Below, in pieces: positions 61,751-64,000 of a stretch of 64,000 nucleotides of DNA. A program made the translations under genes and the position numbers. This stretch comes from Raja brachyura (taxonomy: Eukaryota), in the NCBI GenBank assembly GCA_963514005.1, contig OY740781.1, positions 59,086,001 to 59,150,000 on the forward strand. The letters run 5' to 3'. Numbering within the stretch: position 1 is the first letter of the stretch; each line of letters begins with the position of its first letter. Below the pieces are notes generated by a model. The model saw only the letters and a program-made list of their open reading frames with translations. It ran no database searches and had not been told where the DNA came from.

Positions 61751-63084
61751 ATTTTGATAATCATATTTTGGTGAAAAAATTAGTACATATAAAATTGGAA
61801 AATCTAGATGGATGGGGGGGGGGGGGGGGGAGGAAGAGGGCATAACATTTCCAGATGATCCTTTGACCAGATGCCTTGTCTGATCTACTGTATTGTTCTC
61901 TCAGATGAACACAATAGTTCCCTGGCACTATTGAAGGAAGAGCAGGGAAAAACTCCCAATTTTCTGTCGGCAGCAATAATCATCCATCAGTTAATATCAC
62001 AAACCAACAAGGTGTCTGGCTACCATCACAATGCTGTCTGTGGCATTGATGTCAAGTTAATTCAAGCAAGGCATATTAAGTTTAATGTTGTATGAATGAG
62101 CATGGTGAAGTACAGGTACAATGAAAATACTGTCTCTTAATGTATGCAAATTGGATGTAGTGTTTTTTGATTACCTACTTTTCAAAAATTGAATATTGCC
62201 TGCAAAGTATTTAGGAAATTCCTAATGTCATGAAAGCTGCTATATAACTGTCCATTTTTCTTATCTTTACTTTCTGCTTTAGATTTTGTTTCCAATTTTA
62301 ATCACTCCATACATTCAGTTTAATTATTATTAACTAATCTGAACATTAAATTAAATTGGATTAAAACTGATTAGGGAATTACTTTTATATTAGAGGATTC
62401 AAGAAAAATGGAACTTAACCAGTGCTTTCTGTTCAGATAGATTGTTTGAATGTGAAAACACACCATAACCTTTCTTCTGAAAATCTTCATAATTTGGTTA
62501 AAATTCACATAGAAAAAAACACTATCTGACGTGCTTGAATTTCTGGTTATTGCTCAAAAAAATAATTCCTGTTGGTACTGTTAAACAGATTATACTGTGG
62601 AAGTGGCAAAGTGGAAAGAATCTTTCCCTTAGCGACTTTAAAAAAATATCCATTTCATTGTCTAATCTCTACATTAAAATACACATCATTAATTTGAATT
62701 GTGTATTGGGTACATCAAATTGTTGGGTTGCACTTTCTAGTGGAAAGGCATTTAATGGCATATGCAACAACCTCTTAGAGGAATAGTTTTTAATTTATGT
62801 TTTAACTTTAAGCTTCTCAATGATTTAAAAGTTTTATAGGGTACTCCTGTTTGATCAAGTATTGGAAATCAATCCATCCTTTGGAACAACTGGTTTACTT
62901 ATGGAAGCTGTGATTTAATTGTGTTGTGATTAATTGTGTCAATGCATTAGACCTGTATTATGATTGTATTTCATTTCCTTTCAATTGCATTTGCAAAGAT
63001 TATTGTACATATTGGGCCGTGGGCCTTGGTTGCTTGGAGGTGCGGAAGAGAGAGATAATATAAAATTAAGCCACAAATAAATAA

Positions 63085-63975
63085 ACAATAGGAGCAGGAG
63101 TAGGCCCTTCGAGCCAGCACCGCCATTCAATGTGATCAAGGCTGATCATCCACAATCAGTACCCCGTTCCTGCCTTCTCCCCATATCCCTTGACTCCACT
63201 ATATTTAAGAGCTCTATCTAACTCTCTCTGGAAAGCATCCAGAGAACTGGCCTCCACTGCCCTCTGAGGCAGAGAATTCCGCAGACTCGCAACTCTGTGT
63301 GAAAATGTATTTCCTTATCTCTGTTCTAAATAACTTGCACCTTATTCTTATACTGTGGCCTCTGGTTCTGGATTCTCCCAACATCAGTAACATGTTTACT
63401 GCCTCTAGCGTGTCCAAACCTTTAATAGTCTTATGTTTCAATAAGATCCCCTCTCATCCTTCTAAATTCCAGAGTATACAAGCCCAGCAGCTCCATTCTA
63501 TCATCATAAGACAGTCCCGCCATCCCGGGAATTAACCTTGTGAACCTATGCAGCACCGCAATACCAAAAATATCCTACCTCAAATTTGGAGACCAAAACT
63601 GCACACAATACTCCAGGTATAGTCTCACTAGGGCCCTATACAACAGCAGAAGGACCTCTTTGCTCCAATACTCAACTCCTCTTGTTATCAAGGCCAACGT
63701 GCCATTTGCTTTCTTCACTGCCAACTGTACCTGCATGCTTACTCTCAGTGACTGATGAACAAGGATCCCCCAGATCCCGTTGTACTTCCCATTTTCCCAA
63801 CTTTACACCATTTAGATAATAGTCTTCCTTTGTGTTTTTGCCACCAATGTGGATAACCTCACATTTATCCACATTAAACTGCATCTGCCCTCACAAACCT
63901 GTCCAAGTCACCCTGCAACCTCATAGCATTCTCCTCAAAGTTCACACTGCCATCCAGCTTTGTGACATCAAACAA
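63085..63975 (-). mobile_element. CR1 LINE 3' portion
   Basis: Minus peptides MQFNVDKCEVIHIGGKN and IKGLDTLEAVNMLLMLGESRTRGHSIRIR, plus the CR1 tail. Confidence 0.9.
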
Positions 63976-64000
63976 ACAATAGTAGTGGAAAGACAAAAAA

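Overview
Vertebrate genomic DNA, most likely from a cartilaginous fish such as a skate or ray. That assignment is inferred from the HE1/V-SINE and HER1/CR1-type repeats. The window holds one intact protein-coding gene, ISL1 (LIM-homeodomain Islet-1, + strand, 6 coding exons, 28055-35672, 348 aa). It sits in a transposon-poor, CpG-retaining domain of about 28 kb (~16.5-44.3 kb) with several candidate enhancers. The flanks are dense in repeats: a DIRS-type retroelement end, a two-LTR BEL/Pao element, a non-autonomous Helitron with minisatellites, hAT and Harbinger-like MITEs, and CR1, Rex/Babar, L1 and V-SINE copies. The most notable observations are (1) a full-length tRNA-Asp(GTC) gene inside the BEL/Pao element just upstream of its polypurine tract, (2) an unclassified ~1.7 kb non-coding element built from stacked hairpins with promoter-like motifs, (3) dispersed minimal hammerhead-ribozyme-like motifs, and (4) absence of the ISL1-beta splice acceptor. 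All calls were made by eye with no database searches, so repeat family names and edges are approximate.
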